Positions 8,531-19,253 of a stretch of DNA of 37,162 nucleotides are shown piece by piece. Numbering within the stretch: the stretch's first letter is position 1; each line of letters opens with the position of its first letter. This DNA is from Candidatus Aminicenantes bacterium (GTDB lineage: Bacteria > Acidobacteriota > Aminicenantia > S016-38): assembly GCA_021161165.1 (NCBI GenBank), contig JAGHBF010000114.1:1-37162 (forward strand), given 5' to 3'. Position numbers and translations under genes: made by a program. The notes below the pieces were generated by a model. It was not told where the DNA came from and searched no databases. It saw nothing but the letters and a program-made list of their open reading frames with translations.

Positions 8531-9763
8531 ATGAGAATTTCCGTAAATGAAACTATCAGCCTGGCGCTGGATTCGCTTAAAAGAAATAAACTGAGGACAT
8601 TTTTAACCCTCCTGGGAATAATAATAGCTGTTTCCACAATTATAGGCATTATTGGAACAATTCAGGGTCTTAATCACTACGTGGAAGAAAAAATAATTCC
8701 TTATGGAGCATCGGATTTCAGTGTGAACAGGTTTTCTGAGGTTATAACCTCCTGGGAGGATTTTCTCAAAATGAGCAGAAGAAAAAGATTTCCCCTTCGC
8801 TACTACTTCAGAGTAAAGGAACTGTGCAATACTTGTGAAAAGGTGGGAGCTACAGATGGAACTACTACAAATGTTATCTACAAGGGTAAAACAATGGAGG
8901 ATGTTCGTGTAAGAGGCGAAACCTCTCTTGCGAGGGAAATAACCGGGGTTAGAGACCTTTATGACGGCAGGCCTTTTACAGAAGAGGAATCCATAACAGG
9001 AGCGAAGGTAGCTACAATTGGCTGGGATGTGAAGGAAACTCTCTTTCCTGGAATAGACCCTATTGGGAAGAGGATAAGAATCAAGGGAACATACTTCAGG
9101 ATTATAGGTGTTGAGGCTAAAAGAGGAAAGATAATGGGAATTTCCCAGGACAATTATGTTTACATCCCTATAAAGGCATACTATACGCTTTTCAATCGAA
9201 AGGAAGATATAACCATTCTTGTTCACACGAGTTCCCCTCAGAGGATGGAAGCGGCGATGGAGGAGGTGAGAGGAATCCTTCGGTCCCTCAGGCATTTGAG
9301 TCCAAAGCAGGATGATGATTTTTCATTTTCTACATCGGAATCATTGCTTACTGTGTATAAAAATTTGACATCCACTCTTTATATAGCGTTAATAATTATT
9401 TCTTCTATATCTCTTCTGGTTGGAGGTATTGTGGTTATGAACATCATGCTGGTTTCTGTTACAGAAAGGGTTCCGGAAATAGGGGTAAGAAGAGCAGTAG
9501 GTGCGAGAAGAGCGGATATTATGGGACAGTTTCTTATAGAGGCGGTATTTCTGACGAGCCTCGGTGGAGTAATAGGGATTCTTCTGGGATGGCTTATTGT
9601 TTTTCTGATAAATAAATTTTCGCCCCTTCCTGCAAGGATGGAAATATGGTTTACCATTCTAGGATTGGGAATAGCTGGGTTGACTGGCTTAATTTTCGGA
9701 ATTTATCCTGCCTCCAAGGCAGCTTCGCTTAATCCTGTTGAGGCATTAAGGAGTGAGATGTGA
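8531..9763 (+). CDS. ABC transporter permease, MacB/LolCE (FtsX) type
   Basis: 410 aa. It has TM1, a periplasmic domain of roughly 230 aa, then three C-terminal TMs. The cytoplasmic loop ERVPEIGVRRAVGARRADIMGQFLIEA is typical of the FtsX/MacB family. Confidence 0.8.
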   Translation: MRISVNETISLALDSLKRNKLRTFLTLLGIIIAVSTIIGIIGTIQGLNHYVEEKIIPYGASDFSVNRFSEVITSWEDFLKMSRRKRFPLRYYFRVKELCNTCEKVGATDGTTTNVIYKGKTMEDVRVRGETSLAREITGVRDLYDGRPFTEEESITGAKVATIGWDVKETLFPGIDPIGKRIRIKGTYFRIIGVEAKRGKIMGISQDNYVYIPIKAYYTLFNRKEDITILVHTSSPQRMEAAMEEVRGILRSLRHLSPKQDDDFSFSTSESLLTVYKNLTSTLYIALIIISSISLLVGGIVVMNIMLVSVTERVPEIGVRRAVGARRADIMGQFLIEAVFLTSLGGVIGILLGWLIVFLINKFSPLPARMEIWFTILGLGIAGLTGLIFGIYPASKAASLNPVEALRSEM

Positions 9764-11010
9764 GGAGATTTACTCTTTTTACAGAACTTTTAAATACAGC
9801 TTTTTCATCTATAATGAGGCATAAGTCCAGAGCTTTTCTTACGGTTTTGGGGATTATAATAGGCGTTACCACCGTGATTGCAATGGTTGGGGTTACAGAG
9901 GGAATTAATGTCAGTTTTCAGAAACAAATGGAAGAGCTTGGTTCCAATATAATTAATGTATCCAAGGTTGAGCCAGGCATCAGACTTGGAAGGCCCCCGA
10001 AAGAATTAAGGATGAGAAAAAATCTTACCCTTGAAGACTTAAAGGCTATAGAAAAACTCCCCTCAATTGAATCAGCAGTTGGTCAGTTGAGTATGTTCGA
10101 GAGAGGCCTTGTTCGTTCGAAATTTAATACATCAAGAGGGATAGTGCTGGTAGGGGTAACTCATGATTACCTAGATGTTGTAAAAATAAACTTAATAGGA
10201 GGAAGATTTTTTACAGAGCCGGAGGAACGAAGCAAAGCCAATGTGACGATTCTGGGTGCTGACGTAGCAACAAATTTATTTCCGGGGGTTGACCCAATTG
10301 GAAAAAAGCTACACATTGGTAATACAACCTACACTGTAATAGGAGTTATGGAAAAACGTGGAAGTTTTATGGGACAATCCCAGGATAACTATGTGGTTAT
10401 TCCACTGACCACTCTTATAAAAAAATACCCCGCTGCGAAAAAAAGGTTGTGGGGAGGTCTTTACATAATGGCTAGACCTAAAAGCCCTGAGCTTCTGGAA
10501 AGGGCAATGGATGAGATAACAGAGGTGTTGAGGATGAGAAGAAAACTCAAGCCGGACCAGGAAAATGATTTTGCTATATACACCCAGGAATATATAAACG
10601 AACTTTTCTCTCAGCTTGTATCCGGGGTGTTCTTAGTTGGAATTCTTATAGCATCAATTTCATTGCTTGTGGGTGGTATAGGAATAATGAACATAATGCT
10701 TGTTTCCCTGAGAGAAAGAACCTCTGAAATAGGACTGAGAAGGGCAATAGGAGCTAAAAAGAAGCATATTCTCTTCCAGTTCGTTGTAGAAGCAGTTACT
10801 CTTTCGCTGGTGGGGGGATTGCTCGGAATGTTCCTTGGCTTTGCCTTATCTTTCCTTGCCAAAGCAGCGGCAAATTTCCCTGCTGCAGTTACCCCTTTTG
10901 GAGTAATACTCGGGGTAGGTGTCTCCACTATGGTTGGTCTTTTCTTCGGAATTTATCCTGCCTGGAAGGCTGCAAATCTTAATCCTGTGGAAGCCCTCAG
11001 GTACGAATAG
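9760..11010 (+). CDS. ABC transporter permease, MacB/LolCE (FtsX) type; paralog of the preceding gene
   Basis: 416 aa with the same architecture (ERTSEIGLRRAIGAKKKHILFQFVVEA). The GTG start overlaps the upstream stop (GTGA). Confidence 0.8.
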   Translation: MRRFTLFTELLNTAFSSIMRHKSRAFLTVLGIIIGVTTVIAMVGVTEGINVSFQKQMEELGSNIINVSKVEPGIRLGRPPKELRMRKNLTLEDLKAIEKLPSIESAVGQLSMFERGLVRSKFNTSRGIVLVGVTHDYLDVVKINLIGGRFFTEPEERSKANVTILGADVATNLFPGVDPIGKKLHIGNTTYTVIGVMEKRGSFMGQSQDNYVVIPLTTLIKKYPAAKKRLWGGLYIMARPKSPELLERAMDEITEVLRMRRKLKPDQENDFAIYTQEYINELFSQLVSGVFLVGILIASISLLVGGIGIMNIMLVSLRERTSEIGLRRAIGAKKKHILFQFVVEAVTLSLVGGLLGMFLGFALSFLAKAAANFPAAVTPFGVILGVGVSTMVGLFFGIYPAWKAANLNPVEALRYE

Positions 11011-11095
11011 TAAAAATTCTCCCTTATAGGGTAGATATCACCGGGAGTTTCGGTTAGCTATTCCCTTGAATTAAAAGCTGATTTTAGAATATAAT

Positions 11096-11500
11096 ATGTC
11101 GGTGAAAAGCTTAAAGAAAGAACTTTTTTTAGCAGGATTTGTTCCAATAGATTTATTGCTGGAGACCATTTTAGGAAAAAGCTCCAGGACTTTGAGATTA
11201 ATTGTAGGAATAGTATTTCTACTTTCAACTTTTTTTTGGGGGAGAAAAAACCTTTCCCAGAATCAAACAGCAGGGATTATATTTGCCATCCTGGCCATTG
11301 TAGCTGCCTATTCTACCTTCCTTTGTAGAACCAATCTTTATTATACCTTCTGGTTTAACACACTCTTTGGCCTTCTTCTTATTTCTATACTTTCATGTAT
11401 ATTTGTACTAACAATAATAGGATTTGCTGTTATAATTATGACCTATATAGGCGTAAATTATCTGCCTTTTTATCAGAATACATTACATGCTTATCAATAA
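11096..11500 (+). CDS. Hypothetical small integral membrane protein (about 4 TM segments)
   Basis: 134-aa ORF that is very hydrophobic and AT-rich. I recognise no family motif. Confidence 0.45.
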   Translation: MSVKSLKKELFLAGFVPIDLLLETILGKSSRTLRLIVGIVFLLSTFFWGRKNLSQNQTAGIIFAILAIVAAYSTFLCRTNLYYTFWFNTLFGLLLISILSCIFVLTIIGFAVIIMTYIGVNYLPFYQNTLHAYQ

Positions 11501-11512
11501 AAGGAGGGACTA

Positions 11513-13869
<2,357 letters not shown>

Positions 13870-14508
13870 TTGTTAATAGCAGGGCTTGACGAAAGCGGCA
13901 AGGGGGATTATTTTGGCCCCCTTGTCGCCGCTGCGGTAGCCCTTGATGGAGAGGCAATTGCAGAACTTGAAGCCCTTGGTTTAAAGGACAGCAAAAGGCA
14001 TACTCCGGGCAGGATAAAAGAGCTTGCCCTGAAAATTCAAAAATATCCTCATTCCACAGTTCTTATCTCACCTTTAAGATATAACGAGCTTTACATCAAA
14101 TTTAAAAATTTAAATTTAATCCTTGGTTGGGCTCATTCTCAGGCGCTGGAAAACCTTATAAAAGAGAAAGGGCCTGAGGTAGAGATAGCTATTCTGGACA
14201 GATTTTCGAGAAAGGGTGAATTTGCAAGAGCCCTGGAGAAGAAGAGACTCAAAATAGAGATAATGGAAGAGACTGAAGGGGAAAAATACACTCCTGTTGC
14301 TGCTGCTTCTGTTCTTGCGAGATGGAGATTTGTTTCCTGGATGAAAAGGGAATCTCAAAAACTCGGAATAGAACTTCCCTTCGGGTCATCCTCCCCGAAG
14401 GTGCTGGAGACAGCCTGCCTTATTTTAAAAAAAGGAGGAACAGAACTGCTTTCAAAATATGCTAAACTCCATTTCAGAATTACTGAAAAACTGAAAAAAA
14501 GCTGTTGA
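13870..14508 (+). CDS. rnhC: RNase HIII-like ribonuclease H, catalytic domain only
   Basis: 212 aa with a TTG start immediately after the nfnB TAA. The signature GLDESGKGDYFGPLVAAAV is the HIII-type DESGKGDYFGP motif rather than the HII-type DEAGRG. Also present are KDSK, ILDRF and VAAASVLAR. Confidence 0.7.
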   Translation: MLIAGLDESGKGDYFGPLVAAAVALDGEAIAELEALGLKDSKRHTPGRIKELALKIQKYPHSTVLISPLRYNELYIKFKNLNLILGWAHSQALENLIKEKGPEVEIAILDRFSRKGEFARALEKKRLKIEIMEETEGEKYTPVAAASVLARWRFVSWMKRESQKLGIELPFGSSSPKVLETACLILKKGGTELLSKYAKLHFRITEKLKKSC

Positions 14509-14678
14509 TGAGCGAAAAAAATAGTTCCCTCTGTTGCTATAATTGAGTTTTTCCTAACTAATTTAAAAAATCCTTATCATTTAGACCAAATTTCCTTGAA
14601 ACAAAGGGGATTATCTATTCTCGTGCTATTTTGGACACAATTTATAATAAAATAAGGAGGAAAAATGAAGGAGGTAAG

Positions 14679-15596
14679 ATGAAAAACTGGTTAAAGCTGG
14701 TAAGAGCTCCATTTGTTTCAGTTACAGTTGGTGGGATTACAATAGGTTCGCTTTATCCACTATGGAAGGATGGAATTTTCCATTGGGGGAGGTTTCTTCT
14801 TGCACTGGTGGCAGGAGTCCTTCTTCATTTTGCTACCAATGTTGCCAATGATTATTTTGATTATCTCTCAGGGACGGACAGAGAAAATAAAGTTGCAATT
14901 TCTCCTTTTTCGGGAGGTAGCAGAGTTTTGCTGGAGGGCAAAATTTCCCCGGGTGCAGCTCTTGCTGCTGCAATTTTAATGACTTTAGTGGCTGCAGCTA
15001 TAGGACTTTATCTTAATTACATACTTCCCGGAAACACTCTTTTGTATATAGGCTTAATTGGAGTGTTTCTTATATATTCGTATAATGGACTTTTAAAGCT
15101 TGTGAGGTTTTATCTGGGGGAGATAGCAATTTTTCTTGCGTGGGGTCCTCTTATGGTTGAAGGGTCATATTTCATCCAAACAGGCAAACTCAGCAAAGAG
15201 CTTCTACCTATTTCATTTATGCTTGGGATTCTCACCCTTCTAATCCTTTTTATAAATGAGTTTGCTGACGAAGAGGCAGATAGAAAGACAGGTAGAAGGA
15301 TGTGGATACACCTTTTTGGCAGGAAAAATTCCACTTATGTACATTTAATCCTGAATATAATAGCTTTCGGGTGCTTAGCATATTCCATCCTTTCCGGTAC
15401 AGCTCCCGTAATATCTGCCCTTGCATTTCTCGCACTCCCTTTAGCTTATTCTGCATTCTTGCACGCAAAAAGAAATGTGAACGAACCTCACCCAAAGTTT
15501 CTGCCAGCGATTATAAAGACTATCAATACCTATAACCTAAGTTTTCTATTACTCGTGGTTTCTATATTAGCAGCGAGTTTTATATGGAAGACCTGA
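14679..15596 (+). CDS. menA: UbiA-family prenyltransferase, MenA-like (1,4-dihydroxy-2-naphthoate polyprenyltransferase)
   Basis: It has the Asp-rich motifs NVANDYFDY and FADEEADRKTG and is polytopic. I prefer the ATG at 14679 (SD AAGGAGGT 3 nt upstream; MKNWLKLVRAPF) over the TTG at 14631 in the track. Confidence 0.75.
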   Translation: MKNWLKLVRAPFVSVTVGGITIGSLYPLWKDGIFHWGRFLLALVAGVLLHFATNVANDYFDYLSGTDRENKVAISPFSGGSRVLLEGKISPGAALAAAILMTLVAAAIGLYLNYILPGNTLLYIGLIGVFLIYSYNGLLKLVRFYLGEIAIFLAWGPLMVEGSYFIQTGKLSKELLPISFMLGILTLLILFINEFADEEADRKTGRRMWIHLFGRKNSTYVHLILNIIAFGCLAYSILSGTAPVISALAFLALPLAYSAFLHAKRNVNEPHPKFLPAIIKTINTYNLSFLLLVVSILAASFIWKT

Positions 15597-17293
15597 AAAA
15601 GAAGGCTTTATCTGCGCCTCTTTCACCCGGAGTTTATGTTTTTAAAGACTCCACTGACAGACCCATATACATAGGGAAAGCCTCTAAATTAAAGGAAAGG
15701 TTAAGGAATTATTTTTCTTCTAAGGACCCCAAGGTGGTTCGTATGCTTGCAGAAGCAGTTTCCCTCGAATTTTTTGAAACCCGCACCGAAAAGGATGCTT
15801 TCTTTCTTGAAAACGAGCTAATAAGGAAGTACCAGCCAAAGTATAACATCAGGCTTAGGGACGACAAGTCCTATCCTTACCTTGAGATAAGAATGGGGAA
15901 TGAATTTCCCGGGATTTATATAGCAAGGAGGGCGAGACGAAAGGGTAGTTTATATTTTGGGCCGTTCGTGCCAGCATTGTGGGCAAGAAGGATAAAGGAC
16001 CTTATATCCATTTTGTTCGGAATAAGGCAGTGCAGGGAAAAATTAGATGGAAAAAGGGACAGACCCTGTCTCGATTATTACATAGGAAGATGTGCTGCAC
16101 CCTGTGTTGGGTTTATCTCAAGAGACGATTATATGCAGCGCGTGAAAAGAGCAATTGATTTTCTAAAAGGGGGTGTTGAAAGGGAAAGGCAGAGACTGAA
16201 GCAGGAAATGTGGGATGCTGCAAAAAATATGAATTTTGAAAGGGCCTCTTACCTGAGGGACCTTCTCTTTACTGTGGAGGAATTTTCAAGAAGACCGACT
16301 TTTGACCTCAATGAGACGACAGACATATTTGGCTTCTATCAGCAAGGAACTAAGTGGGCTTTGAGAGTGGAAAGAATTAGAGGTAAAAGAAGGGAACCGA
16401 AGAGTTTTTCAGGAGAAAGCCTTGAACCTGATCCAGTGATTGCGATTGTCCAGTTTTATGAAAGGGTGAAAAACATCCCTCAGAGAATAGTCACCGCATT
16501 CACCCTTATAGGCGGAGAGAGACTTAAAGAGTATATAAAAGAGAAATTTGGCCGCGATGTTGCACTTGAGAGCCCTGTAGGTGACGAAAATTTCATCGCC
16601 GAACGCATACAGAGGGAGGCGGAAAGGCTTGTGGTAGGAATAAGACCAGAAGAGGAGCTTTCTGAAGTGTTTGCTCTGCCTTCGGTTCCTTATAGGATAG
16701 AGGGCATGGATATCTCACATTTTTCGGGAAAAGAAGTGGTGGGCTCTGTTGTCGTCTTTGAGGGGGGAAAACCTGTAAAAGAAGAATATCGCCATTATAA
16801 ACTTGATGAGAAAAACGATGACTTTGCCAATCTTGCAGAAATGGTAAAGAGAAGGTATCAGAAACATACTCCTCCTGATCTTCTTCTTATAGATGGAGGA
16901 AGAGGCCAGCTTTCAGCTGTACTGGAAGCCCTTTCAGAGCTTGGTATTAAAGTAAACGCAATCTCTTTTGCAAAGGGGGAGGAGAGAATATTTACCCCTG
17001 AAAGGGATTTCGTTCTACCCGGAGATTCTCAGGCTCTTAAGCTCCTCCAGAGAATAAGGGACGAAGCCCACAGATTTGCGATTGGTTTTCACAGAAAGGT
17101 GAGACAACGCAGGGAATTTAAAACAGTCCTTGAGGAAGTTAAAGGAATAGGAAAGAAAAGAATGTTAGAATTACTCAGGAAATACAGGAGCCTTGACGAG
17201 ATAAGAAATGCCTCTGAAGAAGAACTTGCAGCTATAGTGGGCAAATCTGAGGCAAAGGCTCTAAAGGAGAAATTAAATGAAAATAGGGATTGA
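15584..17293 (+). CDS. uvrC: Excinuclease ABC subunit C
   Basis: 569 aa. It has an N-terminal GIY-YIG module (GVYVFKD...PIYIGKASKLKERLRNY), a Cys-rich region, an endonuclease V-like domain and a C-terminal HhH (GIGKKRMLELL). Confidence 0.92.
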   Translation: MEDLKKKALSAPLSPGVYVFKDSTDRPIYIGKASKLKERLRNYFSSKDPKVVRMLAEAVSLEFFETRTEKDAFFLENELIRKYQPKYNIRLRDDKSYPYLEIRMGNEFPGIYIARRARRKGSLYFGPFVPALWARRIKDLISILFGIRQCREKLDGKRDRPCLDYYIGRCAAPCVGFISRDDYMQRVKRAIDFLKGGVERERQRLKQEMWDAAKNMNFERASYLRDLLFTVEEFSRRPTFDLNETTDIFGFYQQGTKWALRVERIRGKRREPKSFSGESLEPDPVIAIVQFYERVKNIPQRIVTAFTLIGGERLKEYIKEKFGRDVALESPVGDENFIAERIQREAERLVVGIRPEEELSEVFALPSVPYRIEGMDISHFSGKEVVGSVVVFEGGKPVKEEYRHYKLDEKNDDFANLAEMVKRRYQKHTPPDLLLIDGGRGQLSAVLEALSELGIKVNAISFAKGEERIFTPERDFVLPGDSQALKLLQRIRDEAHRFAIGFHRKVRQRREFKTVLEEVKGIGKKRMLELLRKYRSLDEIRNASEEELAAIVGKSEAKALKEKLNENRD

Positions 17294-17600
17294 CATATTG
17301 GAAATAAGAAGAATAAGAGATAAACTGAGAAAAAATTCCTCCCTTGAGAACAAACTTTTTACAGATTATGAAAAACAATACTGTAGAAAGTTCAGCGATC
17401 CCTATCCCCATTTTGCAGTTACCTTTGCCGCAAAGGAAGCTTTCATTAAGTGCATAGGGAAAAATCCTGGTTGGAAAAAAATTGAAATAAGAAGAGAAGA
17501 AGCGCCATATGTTGTTTTTGAGGGAAGAAAGGTGAATGGGAGTCTTTCACTTGCCCATAGCGAAACAAGTGCTGTTGCGGTTTTTCTCCTTTTAGAATAA
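17277..17600 (+). CDS. acpS: Holo-[acyl-carrier-protein] synthase
   Basis: 107 aa, starting MKIGIDILEIRRI, with FAAKEAFIK and SLAHSETSAVA. It overlaps uvrC by 17 nt. Confidence 0.85.
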   Translation: MKIGIDILEIRRIRDKLRKNSSLENKLFTDYEKQYCRKFSDPYPHFAVTFAAKEAFIKCIGKNPGWKKIEIRREEAPYVVFEGRKVNGSLSLAHSETSAVAVFLLLE

Positions 17601-17610
17601 AATTGATTAT

Positions 17611-18285
17611 ATGGGAGTAAAGGAAAATATAGAAAGGGTAAGGGATAAAATTGCCAAAGCTGCTGAAAGGGTTGGGAGAAACCCAGATGAAATAAGAATT
17701 CTTGGAGCAACTAAAAAAGTGAAAGTGGACAGAATCAGACAGGCTATTGATGCCGGATTGAGACTCTTTGGAGAGAATAGGGTGCAGGAAGGTATACCCA
17801 AGGTGGAAGCTTTAGCCGACGAGAATGTGGAGTTTCACTTTATCGGGGTTCTTCAGTCTAACAAGGTGAGAAAAGCGGTTAAATATTTTTCAGCTATACA
17901 TTCAGTTTCATCACTCAAATTGGCCAAGAAGATAAATGCTGTGGCAGAGGAAATGAGAATGGTCTATCCTGTGTTCTTTGAAATTAACCTGTCAGGTGAG
18001 GAAACGAAATCCGGTTTTTCCCTTAGGGAATTTATGGAGAACATAGAAGAACTTTCTTCTCTGAAAAATATAAAGCCCGTTGGTCTTATGACTATGCCTC
18101 CGCTTCAAGAGGACCCAAGACCTTACTTTATAAAATTAAGGGAACTTCTTGAAGAGGTTAAAGGATATTTTGGCAGGGATTTTAAAGAGCTATCTATGGG
18201 AATGAGCGATGACTTTGAAATTGCAGTAGAAGAGGGAGCCACAATAGTAAGGTTGGGAAGGGTCATTTTTGGGGAGAGAGAATGA
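17611..18285 (+). CDS. yggS: YggS-family pyridoxal-phosphate homeostasis protein
   Basis: 224 aa with ILGATKKV (PLP Lys), HFIGVLQSNKV and LSMGMSDDFEIAVEEGATIVRLG. Confidence 0.9.
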   Translation: MGVKENIERVRDKIAKAAERVGRNPDEIRILGATKKVKVDRIRQAIDAGLRLFGENRVQEGIPKVEALADENVEFHFIGVLQSNKVRKAVKYFSAIHSVSSLKLAKKINAVAEEMRMVYPVFFEINLSGEETKSGFSLREFMENIEELSSLKNIKPVGLMTMPPLQEDPRPYFIKLRELLEEVKGYFGRDFKELSMGMSDDFEIAVEEGATIVRLGRVIFGERE

Positions 18286-18590
18286 TGCTGGTAAAAAATA
18301 TACTACTGGGTATTATTCGTGTTACTGAAGTTCTTCTCAACATAGAGATTGCCCTTATTATAATAAGGGCAATATTTTCCTGGTTTCCTGCTTTGCCTTT
18401 CCATTCCATATTGCGGGTTATATGGGTTCTTACCGAACCTGTCTTAAGACCTATAAGAAGGTTTATTCCTCCCTGGAAAACCGGGGGACTGGATCTTTCC
18501 CCTCTTGTGGCAGTCCTTCTTATATGGGCAATAGAAGTTGTTATTCTTGACCCTATAAAGTTATCATTAATATATGGAGGTGGGATATGA
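18282..18590 (+). CDS. yggT: YggT-family membrane protein
   Basis: 102 aa with two TM segments. It has ATGA overlaps on both sides and occupies the conserved position between yggS and divIVA. Confidence 0.8.
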   Translation: MMLVKNILLGIIRVTEVLLNIEIALIIIRAIFSWFPALPFHSILRVIWVLTEPVLRPIRRFIPPWKTGGLDLSPLVAVLLIWAIEVVILDPIKLSLIYGGGI

Positions 18591-19066
18591 GAATTACTCC
18601 TTCAGACATAGAGAAACAGGAGTTTTCTACAAAGTTAAAAGGTTACGATAAGGAAGAAGTAAGAAATTTTTTGATTTTTATTTCTCAGGAGATTTCAAAT
18701 CTTCTTCTTGAAATGGATGAGCTGAAGAAAAAATTGATGAATGCAGAAGAAAGAATTAAGGAACTTGAGTCAAGGGAAAAGATTTTAAAGGAAACCCTTA
18801 TAGCTGCCCAGAGATTTTCCGAAGAGCTCAAGGCAAACGCCAAGAAAGAAGCTGACATAATGATAAAAGAGGCAGAGCTAAAGGCGGACCAGATAGTAGC
18901 AAAGGCAAATGAGAGGCTGAGGGAGCTCAATTTTACAATTAAAAAAATGAAGGCTGAAAAGGATAACATAATAAATGAGATAAGAAGCTTCATCTTTTCT
19001 CTTCAGGCCCTTGTAGAAAAAGAGGAAAAGGATGAAAATAAGAGTGAAGGTTCACCCAAGGGCTAA
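18587..19066 (+). CDS. divIVA: DivIVA-domain protein
   Basis: 159 aa. The N-terminus MRITPSDIEKQEFSTKLKGYDKEEVRNFL is followed by a coiled coil. SD geometry is GGAGGTG-N4-ATG. Confidence 0.85.
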   Translation: MRITPSDIEKQEFSTKLKGYDKEEVRNFLIFISQEISNLLLEMDELKKKLMNAEERIKELESREKILKETLIAAQRFSEELKANAKKEADIMIKEAELKADQIVAKANERLRELNFTIKKMKAEKDNIINEIRSFIFSLQALVEKEEKDENKSEGSPKG

Positions 19067-19253
19067 AAAAGAAAAGGTGATTGAGGGGGAAGACCTCTGG
19101 GAAATATGGGTTAACGAGCCTCCGGAGGGAGGAAAAGCTAATAAAAGAGTAATTGAGCTTTTAGCCAAGAAACTCGGTATTTCAAAATCCAGAATAGAAA
19201 TAATAACAGGGCATAAGTCCAGACAGAAAATTCTGGAGGTAAAAGATGCTTGA
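19032..19253 (+). CDS. yggU: DUF167 / YggU-family protein
   Basis: 73 aa with KVHPRAKKEKV...EPPEGGKANKRVIELLAKKLGISKSRIEIITGHKSRQK. It overlaps divIVA by 35 nt. Confidence 0.75.
   Translation: MKIRVKVHPRAKKEKVIEGEDLWEIWVNEPPEGGKANKRVIELLAKKLGISKSRIEIITGHKSRQKILEVKDA

Noticed and set aside
8603-9295. A 230-aa minus-strand ORF antisense to the first MacB-type permease
   Set aside because: It is fully embedded antisense in a well-supported gene. Its composition is low-complexity and Cys/Ser/Arg-rich, with no motif and no RBS. It is a typical shadow ORF.
14509-14650. The long menA leader, examined for a riboswitch-like structure
   Set aside because: I could fold only short, imperfect 4-5 bp complementarities, and no known riboswitch core sequence is visible. 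The extended -10-like TGCTATAAT (14535-14543) lacks a -35 and is only a weak promoter candidate.
14631-14678. A TTG start at 14631 for menA (MDTIYNKIRRKNEGGK...)
   Set aside because: It has no SD, and the extension is translated SD sequence. The ATG at 14679 has AAGGAGGT upstream and gives a typical MenA N-terminus.
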